Source of the DNA: a bacterium
GTDB taxonomy: Bacteria > Patescibacteriota > Minisyncoccia > Phycocordibacterales > JAKAEA01
NCBI GenBank assembly: GCA_021785065.1
Contig: JAJYGQ010000003.1
Location: 2,470-66,469, forward strand
Reading direction: 5' to 3'
Length of the DNA stretch: 64,000 nucleotides
Positions 9,263 to 19,600 of the stretch are shown in pieces. Made by a program: the position numbers and the translations under genes. Numbering within the stretch: position 1 is the first letter of the stretch; every line of letters starts with the position of its first letter. Below the pieces are notes generated by a model that saw only the letters and a list, made by a program, of their open reading frames with translations, did not search any database and was not told where the DNA came from.

Positions 9263-10387
9263 ATGAAAACAACATATTCAGCGGACGATAGAAAGGGGGC
9301 GTTACCGGCGGAAACACTTCACGAATTATGTGCTGCCGGGTTTATTAAAAGTGCTGATGTCGCCGCTCTGTCTAAAAATATTCGACCGTCGTCACTCGAT
9401 CTTTCAGTTTCTAATGAGGTGTATAAGGTAGAGGGAATTTTTCAGCCGAAAAGTCGTGAGACGGTGCGTCAAGTTCTAGACTGTATTCGTAAAACACGAC
9501 ACCCGATTTTACGACCATTGGAACGTAATCAAATGTACCTTATTCGTCTTAATGAAACGCTTGCGCTACCTGAAGTTGTCTATGGGCTTACCAATCCGAA
9601 ATCGACGAGCGGACGCATCGATGTGCATGTGCGTCTTTTGGCCGATGGCGTGTCTCGCTATGATTATTTGCCCGCCGGTTTTCGAGGGGAGCTCTGGATA
9701 TCTATTATGCCTAAATCATTTCCCGTCAAATTATACGAAGGGGTGACGCTAAATCAATTGCGACTCTTTAACGCCGATACGCGCCTTAATGACTTTGAGC
9801 TCGAGGTAGCTTTCAAGAAACATAAACTCCTGTGGCGTCGCACGGGGGAAGCCTATACCTACGAGGATATTTTAGTTCGTGATCACGACGGATCGGTGAT
9901 TCTCACGCTTGATCTTGAGGGAACAATATTAGGATGGGAAGGTGTACCCAATACGCATCTGGTGGATTTAGCAAAAATCTCTTTTTACGACGCCAAGAAA
10001 TTTTTTAAGCCGGTGAAGAAAAAAGGGGACTATGTGTATTTGAAAAAGGGCTCGTTTTATATTTTGTCGACGCACGAATATGTGCGTGTGCCGCCGGAGT
10101 TTGCCTGCGAAATGGTGCCGATGGATGAACGTTCTGGTGAGTTTCGCTCCCACTACGCCGGTTTTATTGACCCAGGCTGGGGTTGGGGTAAGGCCGGTGA
10201 AGGGAAGGGTCGGCCGCTGACGCTCGAGGTGCGACCATTTGAAGATTTGATTGTTCGTCAAGGTCAGCCTATTGCTAAAATTCGTTTTGAAAAAGTGACC
10301 GAGGCGCCGCGTGAGCCCTACGATACCCTCAATCCCAACTATGCTCGTCAAACCGGTCCCAAGCTCGCTAAACATTTTAAAAATTAG
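9263..10387 (+). CDS. dcd: dCTP deaminase (long, two-domain type)
   Basis: IRPSSLDL, NPKSTSGRIDV, GEFRSHYAGFIDPGWG, LEVR, NYARQ. Confidence 0.9.
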   Translation: MKTTYSADDRKGALPAETLHELCAAGFIKSADVAALSKNIRPSSLDLSVSNEVYKVEGIFQPKSRETVRQVLDCIRKTRHPILRPLERNQMYLIRLNETLALPEVVYGLTNPKSTSGRIDVHVRLLADGVSRYDYLPAGFRGELWISIMPKSFPVKLYEGVTLNQLRLFNADTRLNDFELEVAFKKHKLLWRRTGEAYTYEDILVRDHDGSVILTLDLEGTILGWEGVPNTHLVDLAKISFYDAKKFFKPVKKKGDYVYLKKGSFYILSTHEYVRVPPEFACEMVPMDERSGEFRSHYAGFIDPGWGWGKAGEGKGRPLTLEVRPFEDLIVRQGQPIAKIRFEKVTEAPREPYDTLNPNYARQTGPKLAKHFKN

Positions 10388-10405
10388 AATTGCATTGTAA
10401 GAAAA

Positions 10406-10427
10406 AACCAACGCCGTCGCGTTGGTT
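10406..10427. terminator. Hairpin between convergent dcd and folA
   Basis: AACCAACGC-CGTC-GCGTTGGTT with an upstream A run (U tract on the minus strand). Confidence 0.6.
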
Positions 10428-10430
10428 AGA

Positions 10431-10934
10431 TTACGAAATTCTCACGTAATCTTTAAAGACCATGCCATACTGATTCTTAGCGTCGGGTGGTTGTGCAGCT
10501 TCTCTTTCTAAAAGCCATTCATGCTTATTCCATGATGGAAAGAATGTGTCACCGGCGACGTGTGCGTCTACTTCTGTTAAATAGAGCCGAGAGGCAACAG
10601 GTAATGCTGCTTCGTACACTCTAGCACCACCAATAACAAAAACTTCTTCATCTGGACCAACATCACTGAGCGCTTCAAATAAAGAAGAGACAATAGTGCA
10701 TCCTGGCGCAGTGTAATCTGAACGACTGGTCAAAATAAAATTCTTACGATCCGGTAGAGGTTTACCCAAACGGGCTAGTATAGATTCGTAGGTCAGGCGT
10801 CCCATGAGCACCGCATTGCCGCGGGTGAGGTTTTTAAAGCGAGCCAGATCGGAAGGAAGGTGCCACGGCAAGTCGTTTTTGTTGCCAATGACACCATTTC
10901 GAGCGACGGCTGCAATAATCGACAAAGTCGCCAT
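10431..10934 (-). CDS. folA: Dihydrofolate reductase
   Basis: IAAVARNGVIG..NDLPWHLPSDL..FK, MGRLTYESI, PLPDR, VIGGARVY, GDTFFP. Confidence 0.95.
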   Translation of the reverse strand: MATLSIIAAVARNGVIGNKNDLPWHLPSDLARFKNLTRGNAVLMGRLTYESILARLGKPLPDRKNFILTSRSDYTAPGCTIVSSLFEALSDVGPDEEVFVIGGARVYEAALPVASRLYLTEVDAHVAGDTFFPSWNKHEWLLEREAAQPPDAKNQYGMVFKDYVRIS

Positions 10935-10936
10935 AT

Positions 10937-11761
10937 TTACACGAGCATTTTTGCTTTTATGGCTGGCAGAGGATCGTAATTTTCGAGACGAATGTCATCC
11001 ATAGTGAAGCTGTCAATGTCTTTTATCTCCGGGTTGAGCCAGAGTTTTGGCAATGGACGCGGCTCCCGAGAAAGCTGCTCTTGTACAGCGTCGAAATGTT
11101 CATGGTAGATGTGTGCATCATTGAGAGTCAAGATACATTCATGCGGCTGCATGTCAACAACTTGCGCGACCATCGAAAGCAGAAGCGCATATGAGGATAT
11201 GTTGAAGGGTACACCTAAGAACATGTCGCAGCTGCGCTGGACCATGTGGAGAGAGAGTTTTCCATCAGCGGCGAAGAATTGAAAGAGCATATGGCACGGT
11301 GGCAAAGCCATCTGATCAAGCTCGCCAGGGTTCCAGGCGCTAACCACCAGTCTCCGATCGCTCGGATTTGTTTTGAGTTTTTCGATCACTTCTTTCAGTT
11401 GATCAACTTTGCCGTTAGGTCCTTGCCACGAGCGCCACTGGACACCGTAAATCCGGCCGAGGTCGCCGGGGAACTTCGCTTTCGGTTTCCAATAGGGCGC
11501 TTCGGCGTTGTCGGTCCAAATAGTTCGTTCGCTGCCATTTAGTTCCTTAAGGCGATTGTCGTCGCCGCTGCCTTCAATAAACCAGAGTAATTCGCTTGTT
11601 ACTGCTTTGAAAGCGAGCTTCTTCGTGGTCATGGCGGGAAAGCCGTCAGCCATGGGGAAGCGCATTTGCAAAGCAAAAAGCGCTCGTGTGTTACCGTTGC
11701 GACCCTCTCGGTCGATGCCAGAATCCATGATTTGACGAAGAACGTTTTGGTATGTTTTCAT
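10937..11761 (-). CDS. thyA: Thymidylate synthase
   Basis: ELLWF, GDLGRIYGVQWR, MALPPCH, QRSCDMFLGVPFN, DAHIY. Confidence 0.97.
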   Translation of the reverse strand: MKTYQNVLRQIMDSGIDREGRNGNTRALFALQMRFPMADGFPAMTTKKLAFKAVTSELLWFIEGSGDDNRLKELNGSERTIWTDNAEAPYWKPKAKFPGDLGRIYGVQWRSWQGPNGKVDQLKEVIEKLKTNPSDRRLVVSAWNPGELDQMALPPCHMLFQFFAADGKLSLHMVQRSCDMFLGVPFNISSYALLLSMVAQVVDMQPHECILTLNDAHIYHEHFDAVQEQLSREPRPLPKLWLNPEIKDIDSFTMDDIRLENYDPLPAIKAKMLV

Positions 11762-11860
11762 AACCTTTCCTTTTTTTAAGACCAGTATTATTGAGCACGC
11801 GCCCAATTCTCATGTAATACTACTTTTTACTTTCTCATTGTCAATGTTACTATAGTACCT

Positions 11861-13066
11861 ATGAAAGACAAACAGGTTGAAAAGCTGATCAAGGCGGAGC
11901 GGGGGCGACAGAAAAAAGTGGTGAATCTTATTGCTTCGGAAAATTATGTTTCTAATGATGTGCTGGCGGCGCTTGGCTCGGAGCTCACTAACAAGTACGC
12001 CGAGGGGTATTCTGGGCGGCGCTACTACGGTGGGCAGAAATTCATCGACAAAATTGAAGACTTGGCCAAAGTGCGCGCGCTCAAACTTTTCAAACTCTCG
12101 GCGGCGAAGTGGCATGTGAATGTGCAGCCCCTTTCCGGTTCGCCGGCCAACTTGGCGGTGTATTTGGCGCTCGTGCCGCCCGGCGGAAAAGTTATGGGCA
12201 TGTCGCTCGATAATGGCGGTCATCTCACGCACGGTCACAAAGTTTCAGCGACAGGAAAATTTTGGGTGCAGGTGCCCTATGGGGTGCGCGAGCAAACCGA
12301 GCAGCTCGATTACGACGACATTAAAAAAATTGCTATGGAGCAAAAGCCAGACGTGATTGTCGCCGGCTTCACTGCGTACCCGCGTCGCGTCGATTTCAAA
12401 AAGTTTCGTGCTATCGCCGACGCTGTGACGCCGCGCCCGATTTTGATGGTAGATATGTCGCACTTCGCTGGCTTGGTTGCTGGTGAGGCCTATCCATCAC
12501 CGTTTGAAGATGCCGATGTGGTGACCACGACAGTGCATAAAACCCTTCGCGGTCCGCGGTCCGCACTTATTTTTGCGCGTAACGACGAGCGCGAGCTTGG
12601 TAAAAAAATCGATAAAGCAGTATTTCCTGGTTTGCAGGGCGGGCCGCACATCAATCAAATTGCGGCGGTGGCGGTAACCCTGAAAGAGGCGGCGTCGCCG
12701 GCGTTTAAAAAATATGCTCACCAAGTTGTTAAGAATGCAAAAGTTTTAGCTGATGAACTCTCCAAGCGTGGCTGGCGCATTATCTCTGGCGGCACCGACA
12801 GCCACCTGGTCCTCGTGGATACCTGGCTCAATGGCCTTGGTCTTTCCGGTAAAGAGGCGAGTGAGGCGTTAGAAAAAGCTGATATTATTGTTAATAAAAA
12901 CACTATTCCAGGCGAAACGCGTTCGCCGATGGACCCGTCGGGTGTGCGCCTTGGCTCGGCTGCGGAAACGACACGCGGCCGCCGCGAATCTGATATGAAA
13001 AAAATTGCCGCGAAAATCGACGCAGTCTTACGCAAAGCACAAAAATCAAAAAAGAAAAATTCATGA
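11861..13066 (+). CDS. glyA: Serine hydroxymethyltransferase
   Basis: LIASENY, NKYAEGY, GGHLTHG, TTTVHKTLRGPR PLP motif. Confidence 0.97.
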   Translation: MKDKQVEKLIKAERGRQKKVVNLIASENYVSNDVLAALGSELTNKYAEGYSGRRYYGGQKFIDKIEDLAKVRALKLFKLSAAKWHVNVQPLSGSPANLAVYLALVPPGGKVMGMSLDNGGHLTHGHKVSATGKFWVQVPYGVREQTEQLDYDDIKKIAMEQKPDVIVAGFTAYPRRVDFKKFRAIADAVTPRPILMVDMSHFAGLVAGEAYPSPFEDADVVTTTVHKTLRGPRSALIFARNDERELGKKIDKAVFPGLQGGPHINQIAAVAVTLKEAASPAFKKYAHQVVKNAKVLADELSKRGWRIISGGTDSHLVLVDTWLNGLGLSGKEASEALEKADIIVNKNTIPGETRSPMDPSGVRLGSAAETTRGRRESDMKKIAAKIDAVLRKAQKSKKKNS

Positions 13067-13773
13067 AGCAGCGCGCCGCGAAAGGAAAATTTATAGTCAT
13101 CGATGGTATTGACGGCACGGGCAAAGCCACGCAAGCGGCGCTGCTCGTTGAACGGTTGCGAAAAGAAGGGAGAAAGGTTAAGGCCATCGATTTCCCTGGT
13201 TACTATCGCAATTTTTTCGGCAAACTCATTGGTGAATATCTTGCTGGAAAATATGGCGACTTCATCGAAGTCGATCCGCACATTGCTTCGGTGCTCTATG
13301 CCGCTGACCGCTTTGAGTCGGCGCCGATGATTCGAACGTGGCTCGATGAGGGGTATATTGTTGTTGCCGACCGCTATGTAAGCGCTAATCAAATTCACCA
13401 GGGTGCCAAAATCGATAGCCCCGCCGGCCGTAAAGAATTTCTCCATTGGCTCGATAAAATGGAATACGGCGTTTTCAAAATTCCCAAACCCGACCTCATT
13501 TTGTATCTCGATTTGCCGATTCGGCTCAGTCAAAAATTGCTGCGCACCAAACTTGCCTCATTTAAGAAACGTTACAACAAAGGCCGCAAAGTTGATGTTG
13601 CAGAAGATAATCTCGCCCATATGGACGCCTCGCGGCGCAGTGCGCTCGGCATGATTAAGAAAAGCAACAACTGGCAAAAAATAGATTGCGACGGTGACGG
13701 CGAAATCAAACCACGCCAGGTTATTCACGAGCGCATCTGGAGTATTGTTGCCCCTTTTCTCGCACGGCGATAA
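13063..13773 (+). CDS. tmk: Thymidylate kinase
   Basis: FIVIDGIDGTGKATQ P-loop, LYAADR, DRYVSAN, PDLILYLD; ATGA overlap with glyA. Confidence 0.9.
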   Translation: MKQRAAKGKFIVIDGIDGTGKATQAALLVERLRKEGRKVKAIDFPGYYRNFFGKLIGEYLAGKYGDFIEVDPHIASVLYAADRFESAPMIRTWLDEGYIVVADRYVSANQIHQGAKIDSPAGRKEFLHWLDKMEYGVFKIPKPDLILYLDLPIRLSQKLLRTKLASFKKRYNKGRKVDVAEDNLAHMDASRRSALGMIKKSNNWQKIDCDGDGEIKPRQVIHERIWSIVAPFLARR

Positions 13774-13825
13774 AAGTGAAAAAAAGCTCAAGAAATGATA
13801 AACTTTTTATAAAGTAAATTTTGCC

Positions 13826-14254
13826 ATGGCAATCACTATTAAAATTAAAAAATTGAGGCCTGATGCCAAGCTGCCAAGCTATGCGCATCCGGGTGATGTT
13901 GGTCTCGATCTCTACGCTATGGAGGAAAAAACCTTGGCGCCCGGCGAGCACTACCTTTTCAATATTGGTGTGGCTATCGAATTTCCGCACGGCTATGCGG
14001 GTATTGTGAAAGACAAAGGGAGCATCAGTAAAGCAAAACTACACACGATGGGCGGTGTCTATGATGCAGGCTATCGTGGCGAGTATAATGTGCATCTAGT
14101 GAATTTAGGTGATCAACCATACACTGTTGAAGTTGGTGACAAAATCGCTCAACTGGTAATCTTTCCCGTCGAAATTGCCAAAATAGAAGAAACTGATACG
14201 CTGTCCGAATCAGCCCGTGGCACTGGCCGCTTCGGCAGTACTGGCCGCAAATAA
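13826..14254 (+). CDS. dut: dUTP diphosphatase
   Basis: GDVGLDL, GVYDAGYRGE, GDKIAQLVI, RGTGRFGSTG. Confidence 0.95.
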   Translation: MAITIKIKKLRPDAKLPSYAHPGDVGLDLYAMEEKTLAPGEHYLFNIGVAIEFPHGYAGIVKDKGSISKAKLHTMGGVYDAGYRGEYNVHLVNLGDQPYTVEVGDKIAQLVIFPVEIAKIEETDTLSESARGTGRFGSTGRK

Positions 14255-14255
14255 T

Positions 14256-16025
14256 ATGCAGATTCAAGAAACAATCACGACGCTCATCAAGCAAGCGCTA
14301 ATCGCTGTTGGTGCTGCTGCTGTTGACACAGAAATAACACTCGATCATCCGAGTGATTTAAAATTTGGTGACATTTCGACGAATGTGGCGCTCATGCTGG
14401 CAAAAAAACGCGGTGACAATCCCCAAGTGTTGGCAAAAAAAATCGCCGAAGCGATTGTGGCTGAGTTGGAAAGATCACCCAACGCATATTTAGAGAAGGT
14501 GAGCGTTGCCGGCGTCGGTTTTATAAATTTCTCTCTGTCGGAAAAATTTTTCCACGAATCGCTTGCGGAGATTTTGAAAAAAGGCGCCGACTTCGGCAAA
14601 AACGCCCAGCTCTTCAAGGAGAAAATTATCGTTGAATACACTGACCCCAATGCGTTTAAGCCCCTGCATATTGGCCACCTCATGAGCAATGCTATTGGCG
14701 AATCGCTCTCGCGCCTTACACAATTTGAAGGCGCCGAGGTGCGCCGCGCGACCTACGGTTCTGATGTGGGTCTCAATGTGGCTATGGCGGTGTGGGGTAT
14801 GCAAAAGCTCGCTGCGGAAAAATTTTCTGGCGCTCCCACCGCGCAAATATTGGCCGAGCTCCACAAACTGCCGCTCTCGGAAAAAATCGCCTTTGTCGGC
14901 GCGGCCTATGTGCACGGAGCGCAGACCTACGAGCAGGACGAATCGGCAAAAAAAGAAATCACCGAGCTTAATCATAAAATTTATACCCACGCCGACCCGG
15001 TCGCCAATGAATTTTACGTTTTCGGTAAGCGGGCCAGCGTCGATCATTTCAACGAAATGTTCGCGCTGCTCGGCTCAAAATTTGATCATCAAATCTGGGA
15101 GAGCGACATTGCCGCGTTTGGTGAAGAGATTGTCGCGCTTGGTTTGGAACGGGGCATTTTCGAGCGCAGCGACGGGGCAGTAATTTATCCCGGCGAGAAA
15201 AAACCTGACGCTAAAGCGCGCGGACTCCACAATCGTGTTTTCATCACCTCGCACAACATCCCGACCTACGAAGCCAAAGAGCTCGGTCTCACTAAGAAAA
15301 AATTCGAGCTACACGATTTCGACACGTCGGTAGTTATCACCGCCAACGAGCAAAATGATTATTTCAAAGTAGTGCTCGCGGCCCTTGCTGAAATATATCC
15401 GGAAATCGCGCGGCGCACGCGTCACCTCGGTCACGGCATGATGCGTTTTGCCGAAGGTAAGATGAGCTCGCGCACCGGCAACATTGTAACGGGCGAATCG
15501 CTCCTCGCCGAGCTCGCCGCGCGGGCCCTGGAAAAAATGGAAGCAAAAGATGAGAAGATTGCTAACCTTATAGCCGTTGCCGCGCTCAAGTATGCGGTGC
15601 TTAAGCAGTCTATCGGTCGCGATGTGGTTTTTGACAAAGAGCAATCCATTTCATTTGAAGGCGACTCAGGTCCCTATTTACAGTACACCTTCGTGCGCAC
15701 GCAAGCGTTGCTAGCTAAAGCTGAAGAGCAGGGGATTGAACCGGTACTTGGCGAGTTGCCGCAAAACGCAAGCACACTCACGCATCTTCTTTATCGTTTT
15801 CCGGAAATGGTGGAGCGCGCCGCCGCCGACTACGCGCCGCAGTATGTTGCGACATTTCTCACCACCATCGCCGGCGAATTCAACAGCTGGTACGCCGCTG
15901 AAAAGATTATCGACCCAAGCAACAAAAGTGCATCGCAAGCAAAACTCGCCCTCGCCGCCGCCGTCGGCCAGGTACTCCGCAACGGCCTCTGGCTCCTCGG
16001 CATCAGTGCGCCGGAGAGGATGTAA
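14256..16025 (+). CDS. argS: Arginine--tRNA ligase
   Basis: FGDISTNVA, GFINF, VEYTDPN..KPLHIGH, KMSSRTG, GDSGPYLQY, APERM C-terminus. Confidence 0.95.
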   Translation: MQIQETITTLIKQALIAVGAAAVDTEITLDHPSDLKFGDISTNVALMLAKKRGDNPQVLAKKIAEAIVAELERSPNAYLEKVSVAGVGFINFSLSEKFFHESLAEILKKGADFGKNAQLFKEKIIVEYTDPNAFKPLHIGHLMSNAIGESLSRLTQFEGAEVRRATYGSDVGLNVAMAVWGMQKLAAEKFSGAPTAQILAELHKLPLSEKIAFVGAAYVHGAQTYEQDESAKKEITELNHKIYTHADPVANEFYVFGKRASVDHFNEMFALLGSKFDHQIWESDIAAFGEEIVALGLERGIFERSDGAVIYPGEKKPDAKARGLHNRVFITSHNIPTYEAKELGLTKKKFELHDFDTSVVITANEQNDYFKVVLAALAEIYPEIARRTRHLGHGMMRFAEGKMSSRTGNIVTGESLLAELAARALEKMEAKDEKIANLIAVAALKYAVLKQSIGRDVVFDKEQSISFEGDSGPYLQYTFVRTQALLAKAEEQGIEPVLGELPQNASTLTHLLYRFPEMVERAAADYAPQYVATFLTTIAGEFNSWYAAEKIIDPSNKSASQAKLALAAAVGQVLRNGLWLLGISAPERM

Positions 16026-16608
16026 AAAATTCTTGTTTAAGAAATTCGGTGAATTGGGTCATTTCAGCTTGAAACAATTTGAGGTCTCTCGATATTTTTT
16101 CAGGAGGTATTTTTTTGCGTATGTCATCTGGTTTACCACGTGGGGCCCGTTGAGGGAGAATACGTACACTACTCAAACCCTTCGCTTCCATACCTAATCG
16201 CACGTCTGATTTTCTCTGTTTGTAGAATTTTACCAATAACTCTTTTAATCTCCCGGTTTCTTTTCGGTTCTCTTTTTCGGCATCTAGTTCCTTTTGCCTA
16301 AGTTCTTTTTTCTCTGCGGCATTTAGGGTGTTTTCACCAGTTTCAAAATTAATTTTACGTTCTAATTCTTGATAGCGCGTGTCTTCATCTAACATCTCGC
16401 CTATATCTACCCACGGATATGGCAACCCCCAATCCTCGTGCCCTTCGCAAGAGGCATAGGTCTTAAAACCGTGTGCTTGTAAATATATAATAGTTTCGCG
16501 GATTCCGGGATCTATTTCCATACCTAAACCATCAGTAATTTGTTCTATTTTTTTACTAATAGTATCTAGCAGTTGCTGTTTGGGGTTTTTCCCTTGTGGA
16601 CCTTCCAT
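16003..16608 (-). CDS. Hypothetical protein with IDPGI...T..SCEGH motif
   Basis: AT-rich ORF antisense between argS and ileS; ATG 16608 chosen. Confidence 0.65.
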   Translation of the reverse strand: MEGPQGKNPKQQLLDTISKKIEQITDGLGMEIDPGIRETIIYLQAHGFKTYASCEGHEDWGLPYPWVDIGEMLDEDTRYQELERKINFETGENTLNAAEKKELRQKELDAEKENRKETGRLKELLVKFYKQRKSDVRLGMEAKGLSSVRILPQRAPRGKPDDIRKKIPPEKISRDLKLFQAEMTQFTEFLKQEFFTSSPAH

Positions 16609-16661
16609 ACCTATAATTATACAGCAAAAATTCGTAAAAAATGCTAGTATTTGAGCCACGT

Positions 16662-19600
16662 ATGGCTCAGTCTGACGAACAGGATAAAAAAACAATAAAG
16701 AGCCCCATTGCCGAGCGCGAGGAGGCGACACTGGCGTTTTGGCGTGAGCGGGACATTTTTCAAAAGACGCTCGATAAAAAATCTCTCGTTAAAGACGGCA
16801 AAGAGTGGGAATTTATTTTTTACGATGGACCGCCGTTTGCTACGGGCGAGCCGCACTATGGGCACATTTTGGCGGGTACTATAAAGGACGTCATTCCGCG
16901 TTATAAAACGATGTGCGGCTTTCATGTGCCGCGCCGGTGGGGCTGGGATTGTCATGGTTTGCCAATTGAGAATTTGATTGAGAAAGAGCTCGGGCTTTCG
17001 ACGCGCAAAGACATTGAAATGTATGGCATAGAAAAATTTAATGCCGCGGCGCGGGCGAGCGTTCTGCGCTACGACACGCTCTGGAAAGAAATTATTCCGC
17101 GCACTGGCCGCTTCGTGGATATGGATCATTCCTACGTAACGATGGACTGGCGTTACACCGAAAGTATTTGGTGGTCGTTTAGCGAACTCAATAAAAAGGA
17201 ACTCGTCTATCAAGGTTTCAAGCCGATGCATTTGTGTCCGCGTTGCGAAACGACACTTTCTAATTTTGAAGTCGGTCTTAATTATAAAGAGGTGACGGAT
17301 ATTTCGGTGTATGTGAAGTTTGAGCTGGTTGATGAGCCCGGCACATTTTTGCTGGCCTGGACGACAACGCCGTGGACTTTGCCGGGCAACGTGGCGCTCG
17401 CGGTAAATCCGAAAATAAAATACGTGCGCGTAAAAATAGAAACAGAGAAGGGGACGACGCTGGCCATTGTAGCTAACGAGCGTCTAAGTGCAATAAAAGA
17501 AACGTACACAATCGAAGAAGAATTTTCCGGAAAAAAAATTGTCGGCAAAAAATACAAGCCAGTGTTTCCGTACTATGAGAACGCGGCAGAGATAGAGCAC
17601 AAGGAAAATTTTTATACGGTGCAGGCGGCCGACTTTGTAACGACTGAAGATGGGACGGGTGTTGTGCATATTGCGCCAGGGTTTGGCGAAGATGATTACA
17701 ACTTGTCGCAAACGGCTGGGCTGCCGTTTATTCAGCATGTTGGCGTGGATGGGCGCTTTAAAAAAGAGGTGACGGATTTTGCGGGCCAGCAGGTCAAGCC
17801 GCGGCCGACGGCCGAGGAGCCGAATGCCCACCAGCGAGCCGATGTTGAAATTATCAAATATTTGGCCGCACACGGAGCTCTTTTTGCGAAAGAAAAAATT
17901 ACTCACAGCTATCCGCACTGCTGGCGCTGCGACACGCCGCTTCTGAATTACGCGACGAGCTCATGGTTTGTGAAGGTGGCCGACATAAAAAAGAAGTTGG
18001 TGGCGGAGAATAAAAAGGTGCGCTGGGTGCCGGAGGAGATTGGCCAGGGCCGCTTCGGTATGTGGTTGGAAAACGCGCGCGACTGGGCGGTGTCGCGTTC
18101 GCGTTTTTGGGGCGCGCCGTTGCCGGTGTGGCGTTGCGAGGAGTGTGGCACGTTTGAATTTATCGACTCTGTTAAAACGCTTTCTGAAAAATTGAAGCGT
18201 AATGAGTATTTTTTAATGCGGCACGGTCAAGCAGAGAGTAATGTGGCGAACGTTATTGTTGCTGATGAAAAGGCGGAGGATCCGTTAACAGCTGAAGGAG
18301 AGCAGCAAGCGGCTGACGCGGCAAAAAAATTTTCCGAAACGCTCGCTGGCAAAAAAATTGATGCAATTTTCTCTTCGCCGTTTGAGCGGACACACCAAAC
18401 AGCGGAAATTGTGGCGCGTGAACTTGGCTTTGAGGGAAAAATTGAAATTGATGAGCGTCTACGGGAACTCGGGGCCTTCGCGTTTGAAGGGGAGAGTCGT
18501 GAGAAACGCAACGAAGCGTATCGCGAAGGACGCGTTCCATCTAACGACGAAACACAGACGCATGAAGAAAAACGCATCGCCGAATTTTTCCACGATATTG
18601 ACGCACGTTTCAAAGGTAAAACAATTTTAGTGGTGAGTCACGCCGCGCCGCTTGCGGCAGCATTGCGTCTCGTTGAACCGCTCGGTGAGAAGAGCGTGGG
18701 CTTTATGGACAATGCTGAAATTCGCCCACTCCCATTTGTTGCTCTGCCACACGATGCTCATTTTAATCTCGATTTGCATCGGCCCTACATCGACGCCGTG
18801 GAGTTTGCTTGCTCGAAAGAAAATTGCCGTGGCACGATGAAGCGCGTGCCGGATGTTTTCGACACCTGGTATGAATCCGGCTCGATGCCCTTTGCCTCGA
18901 TTCATTTTCCTTTTGAACAAAAGTCTTCGAAAAAACCACCGCGCTTTCCCGCTGACTTTATCGCCGAGGGTCAGGATCAAACGCGCGGTTGGTTTTACAC
19001 CCTGCTCATTTTAAATACGGCGCTGTTTGGCCACGCTCCGTACAAAAACGTGGTGGTTAACGGTATTATTCTCGCCGAAGACGGCCAAAAAATGTCGAAG
19101 CGTCTCAAAAATTATCCCGACATTCGTTTTGTGTTGGATAAGTATGGGGCCGACGCATTGCGCTATTATCTGCTATCGTCACCGGTTGTGGAGGCTGAAG
19201 ACTTGGCTTTTTCTGAAAAAGGTCTCGATGAAGTGGTCAAAAAAGTTATCAATCGGCTCGATAATGTGTACGCGTTCTATGCGCTCTATGCAGATAAAAA
19301 TATTGCGCCGAGCGCCAATTCGCCCCACGTTCTTGATCGTTGGATTTTGGCGGCTCTCTCTAATATGTTGGGTGAGGTGACAGGAGAATTAGATAATTAT
19401 CGCCTTGATGCCGCTGCACGACCATTTGCGCAGTTTGTTGACGATCTCTCAACTTGGTATATTCGCCGATCGCGCGATCGTTTCAAAAATACTGACACTG
19501 CTCGTGACGCTATCGCTACCACGCGTTTTGTGTTGCGCGAGCTTGCAAAAGGCCTTGCGCCTTTTATGCCCTTTCTCGCTGAGGATTTGTATCAGAAAGT

